DNA of 64,000 nt from Octopus vulgaris (GCA_951406725.2 OX597815.1:91388001-91452000), one strand, 5' to 3'; shown: positions 27,515 through 40,900, numbered from the stretch's first letter. Numbers and translations are program-made. The notes: a model not told the origin generated them from the sequence alone.

Positions 27515-27875
27515 GAAGAGAAATCGTAGCATCTTGCTGGCCACAAAGGTAAAAGTGTACCGGGTAGTAGTGCTTACCTCTCTCCAAAATGACTGTGAAA
27601 CATGGACACTCTACAGGTGCTGTATCAAATGGCTAGACTCATTCTATCTTCACTGCCTCCATCCAATTTGCAACATCAAATGGCAGGACAAGGTCCCCAA
27701 CACAGAGATGTTTGCAAGATGTGATATTCTAGACATAAAAAGTTTTCTTATCAAAGTGCAACTGAGTTGGGTTACCCATGTTTGCATGGAAGGCACTTGC
27801 CTTAACTAAAGCCCTTTATTATTGTCAGCTTAGCTCTGGTGCTAGGCACCAGGGCCACCCACTGCTCTATTATAG
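27515..27875 (+). mobile_element. RTE (BovB-like) LINE fragment, a different lineage from the main RTE family
   Basis: TKVKVYRVVVLTSLQNDCETWTLY...CLHPICNIKWQDKVPNTE...QLSWVTHVCME. Confidence 0.85.
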
Positions 27876-28554
27876 CATTTCTGAGCCACTGTCTATTTTT
27901 TCATATCAATAGTAGGTAAGCCTTTTTCATTCCAAATATAATCATTCTCACCAATGATGCTTTGATTTTCTCTCACACATTGTCTCACGATCTTGAACAC
28001 TCCACACTTCTTGATATCACATTGCAGGACATGCACAAATCTCTTCTTTTCTGCCTTACTCTAAGCCAAGTATATCTAACTGCTCTTCTAGTCATTTAAT
28101 AAGGCTCCCTGCAACCACCTTTCTTCCAAATTTTCTAAGCCTGTCATCCATGTCATTCCACCGGGACTTTGCCCTAACCACATCTTTGATCCCTAACCGT
28201 AAGCAGATTTCATGAGAATTGCTACTTGTCAACTATGCTACAGGTATCTAAATCTTTATCTCCACAGTCAATTAGAATTTCACTAAGCCTATTTCCAACA
28301 CACACACAAACACACACACGCACACATACACACACATATACACACACAGATGCAATGTGTGTGTTTGTGTGTGTGTGTGTCACAGTGCATGGCCTAGTGG
28401 TTAGAGTGTTGCATTCATGATCATGAGATTGTAATATTGATTCCCAAACTAGATGGTGCAGTGTATTCTTGAGCTTAATTTTACATTACTCAGAAATTAT
28501 TTTCACATCTAACATGTGGTACACTTGTGGACTGATACAGGCAACTCATCCTTA

Positions 28555-29860
28555 TCATCATTATTGTCATCATTTAAAGTTCATTTTCCATGCTGGCATG
28601 TCTTGGATGGCTTGACAAAAGTTGGCAAGGCCAAGGGTTGCACCAGGTTCCATAGTCTGTTTTGGTTTGATTTCTCTAGTTAGATGCTCTTCCTAATTCC
28701 AACTACTTTATAGAGTGTGCTGGATGCTTTTTATGTGGCACCACTACCAGTGCTTTTTGAATGGCACCATCATCACCAGCGCATTTTATGTGGCACTATC
28801 ACTTGTGCTTTTTACGTGGCATCATCATCAGTGCTTTTTATGCAGCACCAACACCAGTACTTTTTACATGGCACCAGCACCAGTGCATTTTACATGGTAC
28901 CAGCACCAGTGATTTCTACATGGAATTAGCACCAATTCTTTTTACATGGCATCTTGGTTTTCGATATTAACTCTGTTGTGGTGAGCAGGTCTTCTTGAGT
29001 ACAACAGTGCACCATATATCTTGGTCTTTTGTCATTTCCTTCGTAAGGTTTGGTATTTTGATATCAGCCTTCAATACTTCATCACATATCTTCCTGATTC
29101 TCACACTTCCACAACTTTCCTCCACTTCAAGTGATCAGTGATTCTTTATGCAACTGTCTTTATCCATCTGCACATATGAACAATCTTCTCTCTTGCACAT
29201 TGCATCTAATTCCTCTTATACCTAAATTTTCTCTCAATATACCAGTGCTCTCTTGCATATGCACACTGGCTTTGCACATCCAGCAGAGCAGACCAGTTTT
29301 CTCCCTCACTTGTCTTCATATGTCCTCTGCATTCAGTGACCATGTAGCATTGCAGTTCAAACACATTCATCATACAAACTTCCTTTTGCTCAAAGAGAAT
29401 GACTTTTGATTGCCAACAGAGATAAAAGCTCTCTGAACTTTCTCCATCCTATTCTTATTCTAGCAATTATATTTTTGATACATCCTTCTCCACTGCTAAT
29501 TAGGTCACCAAGGTAGCAGAAATTATCTACTACTACCCACAAGACATGACATTTGAGGGAATCAGTTTCTCAAGTATTTGTAGTCTTTATGGCTCTTGTA
29601 CATCTTTCTGTTAACCTTCCTACTATTTTACTGCATCTCTCGTGTGTCCCAAGCTTGCACTGGGTACACCAAATGGAATTTCTACCTACACCCTTCCTAC
29701 ATATCAAGCAGGGCTATTTAGAAAAATGGCTAGGGTACTGTTTGATTTCTTGTTTACTAGGATTTTGGTCTTTACTCAGTTAACTTTAAGACCCTCTGAT
29801 TACAGGCTTTGTTTCCACTCCTGAGATTCTGCTATGAGGGCAAGATCATCAGCTCAGCTT
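28555..29860 (-). mobile_element. RTE LINE 3' portion with a 26-nt tandem array (28725-28950)
   Basis: Reverse-complement homology to the 36343-37180 and 46545-48350 copies, with about 9 copies of GTGCTTTTTACATGGCACCAGCACCA. Confidence 0.85.
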
Positions 29861-29875
29861 ACATACATACATACA

Positions 29876-29927
<52 letters not shown>

Positions 29928-29944
29928 TGTGTGTGTGTGTGTGC

Positions 29945-29980
<36 letters not shown>

Positions 29981-30629
29981 ATGCGTGTGTGGCTTTGCAT
30001 TGTCTTCTGCTGTCTAAAGAATTTAATTGTCTAAGAACATAAGCTAAACAGCTATTTCAGTTGTCTGAAAACCTATTTATTTTTCTTGCTCCAGACATTG
30101 TTTCTCCCATCTCCACATACATTCCATTCCTAATTAATAATGTATCTTTAAACCCAACTTCAGAATACTACAATTCAACAAATGTCTCTTCTATAAACTC
30201 CACCTGTACATTAGTCACTATTGCACACACATACATCAGCTTTAAGCATATTACTAGCACTAACAATTACAGAACTGACAGTCTGACAGTCTAGTGAAGC
30301 TGGTCTCTGGTAAAACTTTAGAAGAACTATCAACTCTTTCAGATTTTGAAATATCAATGACATTGTTTGTCTTCTATTTTCTAAAATTAAATATGTTTAT
30401 ATATGTGTGTCTGTGTATGTAGATTTGTGTGTAGGTGTGGATATGTATGAATGTGTGAGTGTATGCATGTGAGTGTGTGTGTGGATACATTCATAATTAT
30501 ACAAAGATATATATATATATATATTTTTCCCTAGTTTATAATTGTTTACAATTTTCACCTTTAAAGGTATTTTAATATGCTGCCACTTTGATGAAATTTA
30601 AAAAAAAACATTTTATCCAATATTAGAAG

Positions 30630-30660
<31 letters not shown>

Positions 30661-31074
30661 ATTTACATATATATAAATATATAAATATATATATCTGTGT
30701 ATATAATTTGTGTGTATTTATGCATATACAAACCAACACATATGTACACATATATATTTACATACATTAATGTGTGTGCGTGTGTATATATATATGACTC
30801 CAAGAAAGTTAGGGGTTGTGGGTCCAACCCACCAAGGGATAATATCTATCCAATATACTGTTGGTATAATACCCAATTATTAATACAGAAGTGCTTTTTA
30901 TTGCATTGCGATTAACTTACCCAGTGTATTAAATGGGTGAAGGTAAAGAGATATTTTACCATTAATTTATATTGCAAATAAGAAAATGGAGAAGCACAAT
31001 CATTGGTTCATCAACTTTGAACCAAATATTGTGCTTATCCATTTTCTTATTTGCTATATATATATATACATATA

Positions 31075-31942
31075 CCGGGTGTGATGGATAAATCGTTGCC
31101 ATTTTATATTTTCCATTTTATGTATGTGCATTGTTTGTTTTTGATTTTGGCAGCTACACAGTATAGTAGGGTCAGTTGGGCACCACCTGTGAGAAAAACA
31201 GCACCATGATACAAATCACTCTGCCAAAAATTTGAAAACAACATGCTGTACTGCTTGGTCATTGTGCCAGAAGCTCCAATGGGAACATTTGAGAGTGTTT
31301 GGGTGTCAATCTGAGGACAGTGCAATCTGAGGACATGTACCAAGAGTGATAAAATCAAACATCCAGTCAACAGCATAATGTTTGGAGTGATCACTAGAGA
31401 TGGCAATGTTATGCCTTCAGTCATTTTCCCACACGACCTCAGTCTCAACATGGAGTCCTACATCTAGTGGATGGAGGAGGTAGTGCTGCTCTGAGTCAAG
31501 AGGGTAGCTGCTGGAAGACCCTGTGTCTAGTAACAGGACTGCAACATGCCACACAAGTAGGAGAACCCAGTCATGCCTGTCAGACAATTTCTGCGACCAC
31601 GCCATCCGTAACATCTGGCCACCTAACTCCTCAGAGCAACCACTTTGATTATTTTGAGTGAGACGCAATTGAGCAAGAGACAACAAAACTCCTTGTAACA
31701 CCAAAGATGAACTGAATGGCAGCATTCACCAGCTTAAAGAGACCATCCAGAAGAATTGCAAGAGATTCTGAAGTTGTCTAGAGACTGTGGTTGAAGCTAA
31801 TGACATCTTTATTGAATATATTTTCTCTTTAGTATTTCAAGATATTTTTATGTAATTTTAGTAAATATATCTGTTAAAATGAGATGTCAGTGTTATTTTC
31901 ATTTTAACATAATTCCAACGACAGTTTATTCCCCGCACCCTG
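31075..31942 (+). mobile_element. Internally deleted DD37D/maT transposon (same family as 8653-9946)
   Basis: Ends are ta|CCGGGTGTG...CACCCTG|ta, 868 bp. It shares the transposase N-terminus and the QD...IWPPNS...DY region and lacks about 430 bp. Confidence 0.9.
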
Positions 31943-32263
31943 TATACCACCACCACCACCATCATCATCATCGTCATAATCATCATCACTGTCATTATTT
32001 AACAGTTTGATAGGAGCTGACCAGCCAACCACTTCACAGAACATACTGGGTGCTTTTATGCCACACCAACATGGGTGCTTTTTTTATATAGCACCAACAC
32101 CTACAAGCCTGTGAGATTAGGGCAACTCAGCTGGATGGGGTTGTAGGTGATGAGCCTGTATACAAGGGCAACCTAGGTTTTACTTAGCTTGACATGTGAT
32201 TTCAAACACAGACACACACACAAACACATATATATATAAGTACATATATAGATTTATATGTGC

Positions 32264-32307
<44 letters not shown>

Positions 32308-32402
32308 TCACATACATACATAGATATGTGTATAGATATACACATGTGTGTGTGTGTGTGAGTTTGTGTGTACATATGTATGTATATGTATGTATATATA
32401 TA

Positions 32403-33503
32403 TAATAGCCTGGGCAAAGTTCAGAGAGCTCCTATTTCTACTGGTGACAAAGGGCCTCTTACTCAGAGTAAAAGGTAGACTTATGATGCTTGTGTATGAA
32501 CAGCCATGCTACATGGCAGTGAAACATGGGCTGTGACTGCTAAGGACATATGTAAGCTTGCAAGGAATGAAGCTGCTGGATGTATAACATCAGTGTGCAT
32601 ACATGACAGAGTGTAAGCACACTGAGAGAAAAGTTGGGCTTAAGAAGCATCAGATGTGGTGTGCAAGATAGACGATTGCACTGGTATGGTAATGTGTTGC
32701 AAATGGATGAGGACAGCTGTGTGAAAAGTGTCACACCCTAGCAGTTGGAGGAGCCTGTAGAAGAGGTAGACCCAGGAAGACCTGGAACAAGGTAGTGAAG
32801 CACAACCATCAAACATTGGGCCTCACCAAGGCAATGACTAGTGACCGAGACCTTTGGAGATATGCTGTGCTTGAGAAGACTCGACAAGCCAAGTGAGACC
32901 ATAGCCCGTGGCCTATGCCAGTGGGTGTAACCAGCTCACTTATGAGTACCCCTCATTCATTGGACAATAAACTTTGCTTGCGAAGACCTATTGAAGCAAG
33001 TGAAACCAAAATCAAAATCACTGACATGGTCGATGACAGTACCACTTGATTGGCACTCATGCCAGTGGAACATTAAAAGCACCATTCGAGCATGATCATT
33101 GCCAGGGCCACTGACTGGCTCCTGTGCCAGTGACACATAAAAAGCACTATTCAAGCCTGATCATTGCCAGTGTTGCCTTACTGGCACATGTGCTGGTGGC
33201 ACATGAAAAACAACATTCGAGAGTGGTCATTGCCAGTGCCGGCAGACTGGCTCCCATGCAGGTGGCAGGTAAAAAATACCTTTTGAGCATGGTCGTTGCC
33301 AATACTGCCTAACTGGCCCTGGTGCAGGTGGCATGTAAAAGCACCCTCTACACTCTCGGAGTGGTTGGCGTTAGGAAGGGCATCCAACTGTAGAAACTTT
33401 CCCAGATCAGACTGGAGCCTGGTGCAGTCTCTGGCTCACTAGTCCTCAGTCAAACCATCCAACCCATGCCAATGGGTTAAACAATGATGATGATGATGAT
33501 GAT
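32403..33503 (+). mobile_element. 5'-truncated RTE LINE with ~66-nt tandem units in the 3'UTR
   Basis: IAWAKFRELLFLLVTKGLLLRVKGRL...HGSETWAV...RGRPRKTW, five GGCACRTAAAAGCAC units and a (GAT)n tail. Confidence 0.9.
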
Positions 33504-33632
33504 GTATATATACATATATAGAAATATGTATGTGTATATATACACACACACATACACACACACACACACACACATACAAACACACACACACACATACAAG
33601 CACACACACACACACATATATATATATATTTC

Positions 33633-33814
33633 TTTACTACCCACAAGGGGCTAAACACAGAGGGGACAAACAAGGACAGACAAAGGGATTAAGTCGACTA
33701 CATCGACCCCAGTGCGTAACTGGTACTTAATTTATCGACCCCGAAAGGATGAAAGGCAAAGTCGACCTCGGCGGAATTTGAACTCGGAACGTAACGACAG
33801 ACGAAATACAGCTA
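33633..33814 (-). mobile_element. SINE family C, well preserved (CpGs intact)
   Basis: Minus strand has B-box GAGTTCAAATT followed by gtcgactttgcctttcatcctttcggggtcgataaattaagtaccag, which from memory resembles the Meta/MESC SINE domain. Confidence 0.8.
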
Positions 33815-34026
33815 CGATACACACACATATATACACACACACACATATATATATATATATACACACACACATATATATATATATATATATTCTTTGTAAG
33901 CCTAATACTTATTCTATCGTCTTTTTTTGCCAAACTGCTAAGTTACAGGGGACGTAAACACATCAACATTGGTTTTCAAGCAATGGTAGGGGGACTAACA
34001 CAGACACACATATACACACACACGCA

Positions 34027-34075
<49 letters not shown>

Positions 34076-34529
34076 GTGTATAGATGTGTATCTGTATATG
34101 CAAAATCTTCAATTGAGCTTATTATTAACAGTAGAGTATTTACTGACAAATATTTACTTATTCAATACTGAGAGTAGTGAGGAATCTATGATAAAATTCC
34201 TGTTCACTGGGACTTTATATCTAAGTTGATGGTGTATTAAACAGAATGTATATAGATATATGTATTTATACATACATGTGTACCTGGATATTGTGAGGGC
34301 TGAGATCATCATTGACAAGCTCTTGATATTAAATACAGTATTAACACTTATAGTATGCAAATTAATAACCTCAATTCTCTGTAGCTACAGTAATTGTTGA
34401 GTATATAAATAAATTGACAGCTTGTTTCACTGGGACTGGTCAAATTGATGAAGATGCCTCTGATGAGAGGCCAATAAGATTCAAAAATCAATTAAGGTTA
34501 TTAATCATTTTTATCATCTGTGGAGAAAT

Positions 34530-34882
34530 AGCATGGATCCAGGTTCAGTCCCACTGTGTGGCATCTTAGGCTGGTGTCTTCTGCTACAGTTTTGGGCTGA
34601 CCAAAGCCTTGTGAGTGCACTTGGTAGATGGAAACTGAAAGAAGCCTGCCATATATATTTATGTGTGTGTGTGTGTGTTTATTCCCCCACTATCATTAGA
34701 CAACCGATGTTGGTGTGTTTACCTCCTCATAACTTAGCAGTTCAGCAAAAGAAAATGATAGAATAAGTACTAGGCTTACAAGGAATAAGTCCTGGTGTTT
34801 ATTTCTCTAACTAAAAGACCCTTTAAGGCAATGCTCCAGCATGGCCACAGTCAAATGACTTAAACAAGTAAAAGAATAAAAG
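34530..34882 (+). mobile_element. SINE family A
   Basis: ggttcagtcccactgtgtggcatctt...ccaaagccttgtgagtg...cagtcaaatgacttaaacaagtaaaagaa. Confidence 0.8.
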
Positions 34883-34938
34883 AATATATGCACACACACG
34901 TGTATGAATACATCCATATATATGTGTATATATATATG

Positions 34939-34971
<33 letters not shown>

Positions 34972-34978
34972 GTATATA

Positions 34979-35060
<82 letters not shown>

Positions 35061-35063
<3 letters not shown>

Positions 35064-35271
35064 GGTGGCCCAAAAGCAGATTTACAGTTATCACGTAGGC
35101 ACTTTAAATTTATTTCAAAACATTTTATTACATTTAAATTTCTATTTTACAATTAATTAGATTAGCATAGACTAATGGTTTCATATTTTTTATAATTGAG
35201 ATTTAAACTGTTAATATATGAATGTGAAAGAGATAGTTGAATAATTGTAAACCTACGTTTGGGCCACCCTG
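35061..35271. mobile_element. Tc1/mariner-type MITE (211 bp)
   Basis: TIRs CAGGGTGGCCCAAA...tttacagttat / ataattgtaaa...TTTGGGCCACCCTG with TA on both sides, inserted at the edge of (TA)n. Confidence 0.9.
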
Positions 35272-36342
35272 TATTTTTAGCCTATTGGATCTGAATTTCT
35301 TGCTTATAACCCGAGTTTCATGCCATTGTGGTCTGCAGGCGATGGCTGCTACAACTCAGTTTTTGTGATATATTTAAATTCATTCATGTAGTTGTGGTTT
35401 TGTGTTTGCTTATTATTCGGCATTATTTAGTTGTTTTTTTGTTTTGTTTATTGTTTAATTATTTTCATGGTTCTTCATTAGTTATTATTATTTATTATTT
35501 TTTTTTTTTGGTGAGGGTGTGTTATGAATATGATTATTCATTCTAGATTTATTGATTTAGTTAAGGTTAAGGTTCTCCATTTATTAATTCAGCTAAGGTT
35601 CTTCATTTGTTAATTACTCTTATTGTATTATGTTTGCAAATATTGTAGGCGACTTTTAAAGGTGTTTGTAAGTGAGTCTCAGAATAATTCAATTGTAAAA
35701 GATGTGTTATGACTGGATGATTTAGGTGTGAATCTCAAAACATGTTTGTGTTAATTCAGTGTGAACAAGTACTTAGGTTGTTTGTTTTAAATGTGTGTGC
35801 ATGTGTGTGTGCATATACCTGTGCATGCGTGTGTGTGTGTGTGCATGTACCTGTACATGCATGTGCGCCTGTGCTTGTGTGCATAAACATCACGATCATC
35901 ATCATTATTGTCATCATAAGTCAGCAAGCTGGCAGAGTTCTCAGCACTTTCGACGAAATGCTCAGCGGTATTCCACTGAATTTAGATAAATAATCCTTCG
36001 AACAGTCAGTCAGCAGCGACGCCTGCTGGGTTCGGCTACTCCACATTGATAAGAGGCAACCACCTCAAAACTACTCTGTGGATGCCAGACCAGCAAGGGG
36101 AAGCCGCTGACCTCCCCTATTCAAAGGTTATAATGGACACAGGTTTGTGTGTCACATAGCTAGCTAGTGGCGATAGCCTCTTGGAGCTAATCAACAGCAG
36201 CATTCGACCTATTTTTCTAGACTGCCATGTTAACTTGGCGATAACTATTAATATCCAGTACCGCTTCCGTAGTTTCCTTCAGAGAGAATTAGAAATAATG
36301 ATATTTCTAATTATATATATTTATATATACAATATATATTTG

Positions 36343-37180
36343 ATAGTTGAAGTAGTTGATAGCTTCCATTACCTAGGTGACCAAGTCAGTAGCGGGGGAG
36401 GGTGCGCTGAAAGTGTAGCTGCTAAAATAGGAATAGCCAGGGCAAAGTTCAGAGAGCTCTTACCTCTGCTGGTGACAAAGAGCCTCTCGCTCAGAGTAAA
36501 TGGTAGACTGTATGACGCATGTGTACAAACAGCCATACTACATGGCAGTGAAACATGGGCCGTGACTGCTGAGGACATCCGTAAGCTCACAAGGAATGAA
36601 GCCAGTATGCTCCGATAGATGTGTAATGTCAGTGTGCATACTTGACAGAGTGTAAGTACCTTGAGAAAAAAGTTGGACCTAAGAAGCATCAGATGTGGTG
36701 TGCAAGAGAGATGACTGCACTGGTATGGTCACGCGGCGAGAATGGATGGGGATAGCTGTGTGAAAAAGTGCCACACCCTAGAGGTTGAGGGAACCTGTGG
36801 AAGAGGTAGGCCCAGGAAGACCTGGGATGTGGTGGTGAAGCATGACCTTCAAACATTAGGCCTCACCGAGGCAATGACTAGTGACTGGGACCTTTGGAAA
36901 TATGCTGTGCTTGAGAAGACCCGGCGAGCCAAATAAGACCATAACCTTGTGGCCTATGCCAGGGGTGTAACCATCCCACTTATGTGAACCTTTCCTTCAT
37001 TGGACATTAAACTCTGCTGGCGAAGACCTGTTGAGGCAAGTGAAATCGAAATCGAAATCAAATTCGACAACTGGCATCCGTGCTAGTGGAGTGCTAGGAG
37101 CACTATCCAAGCATGATTGTTGCCAGAGCAGCAAACTGGCTTCTGTGCCAGTGGCACATAAAAAGCACCATTCGAGCATG
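36343..37180 (+). mobile_element. RTE LINE C-terminal region and partial 3'UTR
   Basis: VEVVDSFHYLGDQVSSGGG...AKFRELLPLL...LHGSETWAV...WYGH...RGRPRKTW, with only a few in-frame stops. Confidence 0.92.
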
Positions 37181-37219
37181 AGTTAGTTGTCTTTGTCTTT
37201 TGTTTTTTTCGTAAACTCT

Positions 37220-37274
<55 letters not shown>

Positions 37275-37369
37275 GTCCGTAAATTACAGACATCACTAAA
37301 TATATCCCCAATGGTTGTTATATTTTTTTGATTACATAATAGGTTAGATAGGATGATGTCTATATTCAT

Positions 37370-37575
37370 TTCTACTCTAGGCACAAGGCCCGAAATTTTG
37401 GGGGAGCGGGGCAGTTGATTAGATCGACTCCAGTACACAACTGGTACTTAATTTATCAACTCCGAAAGGATGAAAGGCAAAGTTGACCTCGGCGGAATTT
37501 GAACTCATAACGTAAAGACAGACAAAATACCCCTAAGCATTTCGTCCAGCATGCTAACATTTCTACCAGCTCACT
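37370..37575 (-). mobile_element. SINE family C
   Basis: gcacaaggcccgaaattttgggg...gaaaggatgaaaggcaaagttgacctcggcggaatttgaactc. Confidence 0.8.
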
Positions 37576-37679
37576 GGCAGGACGATGTCTATATTTCGAT
37601 ATTACAATAACCAATAATATGTTGTGCATGTATAGTAATATTATAATCATGAAATTAGCATTAGCTTCTCTCACTCTTT

Positions 37680-37746
37680 CTCGTGGAACCCCTAGGAACC
37701 TTTTGTGGAACCCTAAGGTTCCAGGGACCCCAGTTGAAAAACACTG
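37680..37746. mobile_element. hAT/Charlie-like transposon end
   Basis: Ends ...gggaccccagttgaaaaacactg (CAGTGTTTTTCAACTGGGG on the minus strand) with subterminal ggaaccc repeats. No partner TIR is visible. Confidence 0.55.
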
Positions 37747-37998
37747 ATATAGAGAATTGGTTATATGCTGAACCATATTATATATATAATAATACAATAC
37801 TGTTTGAAGGTTAAAAACCCCAACCCAAAGACTAATACATATATAAATATATAAAACTTTATTTTGAAAAAGACAGAACCAATGCACAGACACATATATG
37901 TATGAATAGGGACATGAAAACAGAAAACAGACAGCCACACATAGATGCTCACATATGAATACAAATATATTTGACAACTGGTTTTACATACAATATGT

Positions 37999-38041
<43 letters not shown>

Positions 38042-38764
38042 ATGCCTGCAATTCTGTGAACAAATAACCTAATAAAGATCATAGGTATGAGTGTTTGTGA
38101 GCATGCATGTGTGTGTGTGTGAACTCAAGCTAGATTTTATTTATTATTATCGTATCTAGGAGGTTGTCATTAACTGATCATTATCCTTCAGCTAAGTTTC
38201 CAACTAAGTTATTTTGGCCCAAATTAAATCCCAACAGCATCTTAAAGTAATAAAACTAATTATCTTATCTAAAACGCAAAATAATAAAGAGACAAAAAAA
38301 ATGATAGTTATATATTTACGATGGTAATTTTAGAGAACTAAAGTATCATTATTGTTTTTTTGTTATAAACATTGTTTCAATTTTGTTTTTGTTTTTTTTT
38401 CTTTACTTGGAAACAATGCAGTGACAACTTGGTAGAGTAGCTGATAAAAACAAAATAACGATGTATCAATGGTAGATATAAAAAATCAATACTTCTGATG
38501 CAACTAAAAAAGTAAGACAGTTTGACTTACAACATCTATGCAATCATCTTCATCATCAACATCATTATCATCATCTACTGCTATTTTGTTTTCTCAAACC
38601 AATCTCTACATAGTGGCATGATCTGCTAGAAACAGTAGCCAACTTTCTCTCACTTCATCATCTTTTTTAAAAGTAGTCTAGAGCACATTGAAAAATATAG
38701 CTATGGATATACAAAATGATATGCTGATCATGGCTGAAATATCTTTGAATATAGATGTGGTGTG

Positions 38765-39110
38765 GATGTTGGTTCCACATAAAAAGCACTGGTGATGGTG
38801 CTCCATAAAAAGCACGGGTGGTGGTTCCATGTAAAAAGCGCTGGTGATGGTGCCCCATAAAAAGCACTGTTGATGATGCGATGTAAAAAGCACTGATAAT
38901 GGTTCCACATAAAAAGCACTGCCGATGGTGCCATGTAAAAAGTATCTAGTATGCTCTGTAAAGTGGTTGGCATTAGGAAGGGCACCCAGCTGAACAAAGC
39001 CAGCCAAAGCAGGCTATGGAACCTGATGCGAACCCTGGCCTTACCAGTTCCTGTCAAACCATCCAACCCATACCAGCATGGAAAATGAACATTAAATGTT
39101 GATGATGATA
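38765..39110 (+). mobile_element. RTE-type tail with 26-nt unit array
   Basis: About 7 copies of tggtKccacRtaaaaagcactggtga, then gtggttggcattaggaagggcaccc and (GAT)n. Confidence 0.85.
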
Positions 39111-39569
39111 GATATGCTCAATGACAGTTGACCTGTGGCTAGTGAAAAGAAACAACAACAACAGTAAATTTGTTTTTTACTTCATTTATTACAGAGTTTC
39201 ATCATTGGTAACATATTTAAATGGATTTTGTGTCTATGTGTTGTCCCTCTGTTAAATATAGGAATTAATATTATTATTGGAGTTGAATTTGTCCTTCATT
39301 CCCCTACTGTTGCTAAAAAAACATACCAGTCAAGTACTGGAGTTGACCCAACTGACCATGTCCTTCCCCAAAATATGTGGCTATGTACCAATGTTAAATT
39401 TCATAGTTGCTAGAGTGACCATGTAGAGAAATCCTTCACTGTAAGCATGTAAGCGTTGAGGTTTTGGTTAAATACATTTCTTTTTATTTGCAAGCATATA
39501 CTACTTCAAGGATTGTTTCTCTTTTCAGTTTCCATAATGTTACTATTATGTCATTTTTGTTTTTGCTAA

Positions 39570-40227
39570 TCATCATCATCATCATCCATTGTCCATGCTG
39601 GCATGGGTTGGACAGTTTGACTGGGCTGTCATGCTGGAAGGCTGCATCAGACTCCAGTCTGATTTGGCATGGCTTTCTACGGCTGGATGCCCTCCTTAAT
39701 GCCAACCACTCCAAGAGTGTAATGGGTGCTTTTATGTGCCACCAGCATGGGTGCCAATGTGTGTGAAACCAGTATCTGCCACAACTGTGATTTGGCTTGG
39801 CTTGATGGGTCTTCTTCTCAAGTACAACATAATGCCAAAGGTCTCAGTCATTGCCTCCATGGGGCCCAACACTTGGATGGAACTCAGCCATTTTGTTTCT
39901 GTGAGGCCCAATGCTCAAAAGGAACTCAGCCACTTTGCCTCTGTGAGCCTCAAAGTTCAAAGACCATGCTTCACCACCTCATTCCATGTCTTCCTGGGTC
40001 TACCACAGGTTCCCTCCACAGTTAGAGATCGGCACTTCTTTACACAGCTGTCCTCATCCATATGCATCACATGACCATTGTTTCCTTTATACTATTTATA
40101 TTGCTTGTTTTTCATAATTTATTTCTGTAAAACTTGCTCTGTTTCTGAAATTTATCTGTATAATGGATTCTTACTAGCCACCCATGTGGCAAATAAGGAT
40201 ATCATCATCATCATCATCCTCACCACC

Positions 40228-40298
<71 letters not shown>

Positions 40299-40900
40299 CA
40301 TCATCATCATCATTATTATTATCATTATAATCTTCATTTTTATTGCATGTTTTCACTGCATACTGGACGTAGTTCTGTGTACCTTGGGTAGAAGCAATAT
40401 TTTGTTTGGATTTTGGTTTATTTACTGTGTTGAAAGTGTTCATAATATGTGTATGATGTCTAGCTTTGATAGCTCTGTCTACTATGTCATTCCACCACCA
40501 TGTTACTTTCTGTCTGGTTGGGACCTTGCATCTGCCACATGACTGATCAGTATCTTCCAACAGATTATCCCACAAGATTTTCCAGTTGTTATCTATGCTT
40601 TAAGTCTTTGTATTCTCTACCCTACTGTTGTGCACATCAGCTAGAATTCCTTTACAACCATCTATGGGGTCCTTTAGTTTCCATGTCTTTCTTCCTCAGA
40701 TGCTCTTCTGTTTCTGAGTTTGCTAGTTCTTATCCTGAAGTTACTAACCATTAATCTATGTTAGATAGTGCATTCTTCATCAGTATGGCTTATGTGTACT
40801 GCTCATACTGATTTACTTGAAGACACTGTTCAACTGCATGAGCTTCAGCTACAGTGGTCTGTGCTTAGCAGGGGTCATTCCTGCTGATTTAACCTCACAC
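39570..40900 (-). mobile_element. RTE LINE fragments (3' end 39570-40075; EN-RT linker 40455-40900) separated by (CAT)n
   Basis: Tail homology, and ORF 40174-40575 begins WDNLLEDTDQSCGRCKVPTRQKVTWWWNDIVDRAIKA (the RTE linker WWN motif). Confidence 0.75.

Noticed and set aside
40078-40575. Poly-I, poly-M and poly-D ORFs
   Set aside because: A (CAT)n microsatellite fused to an RTE fragment.
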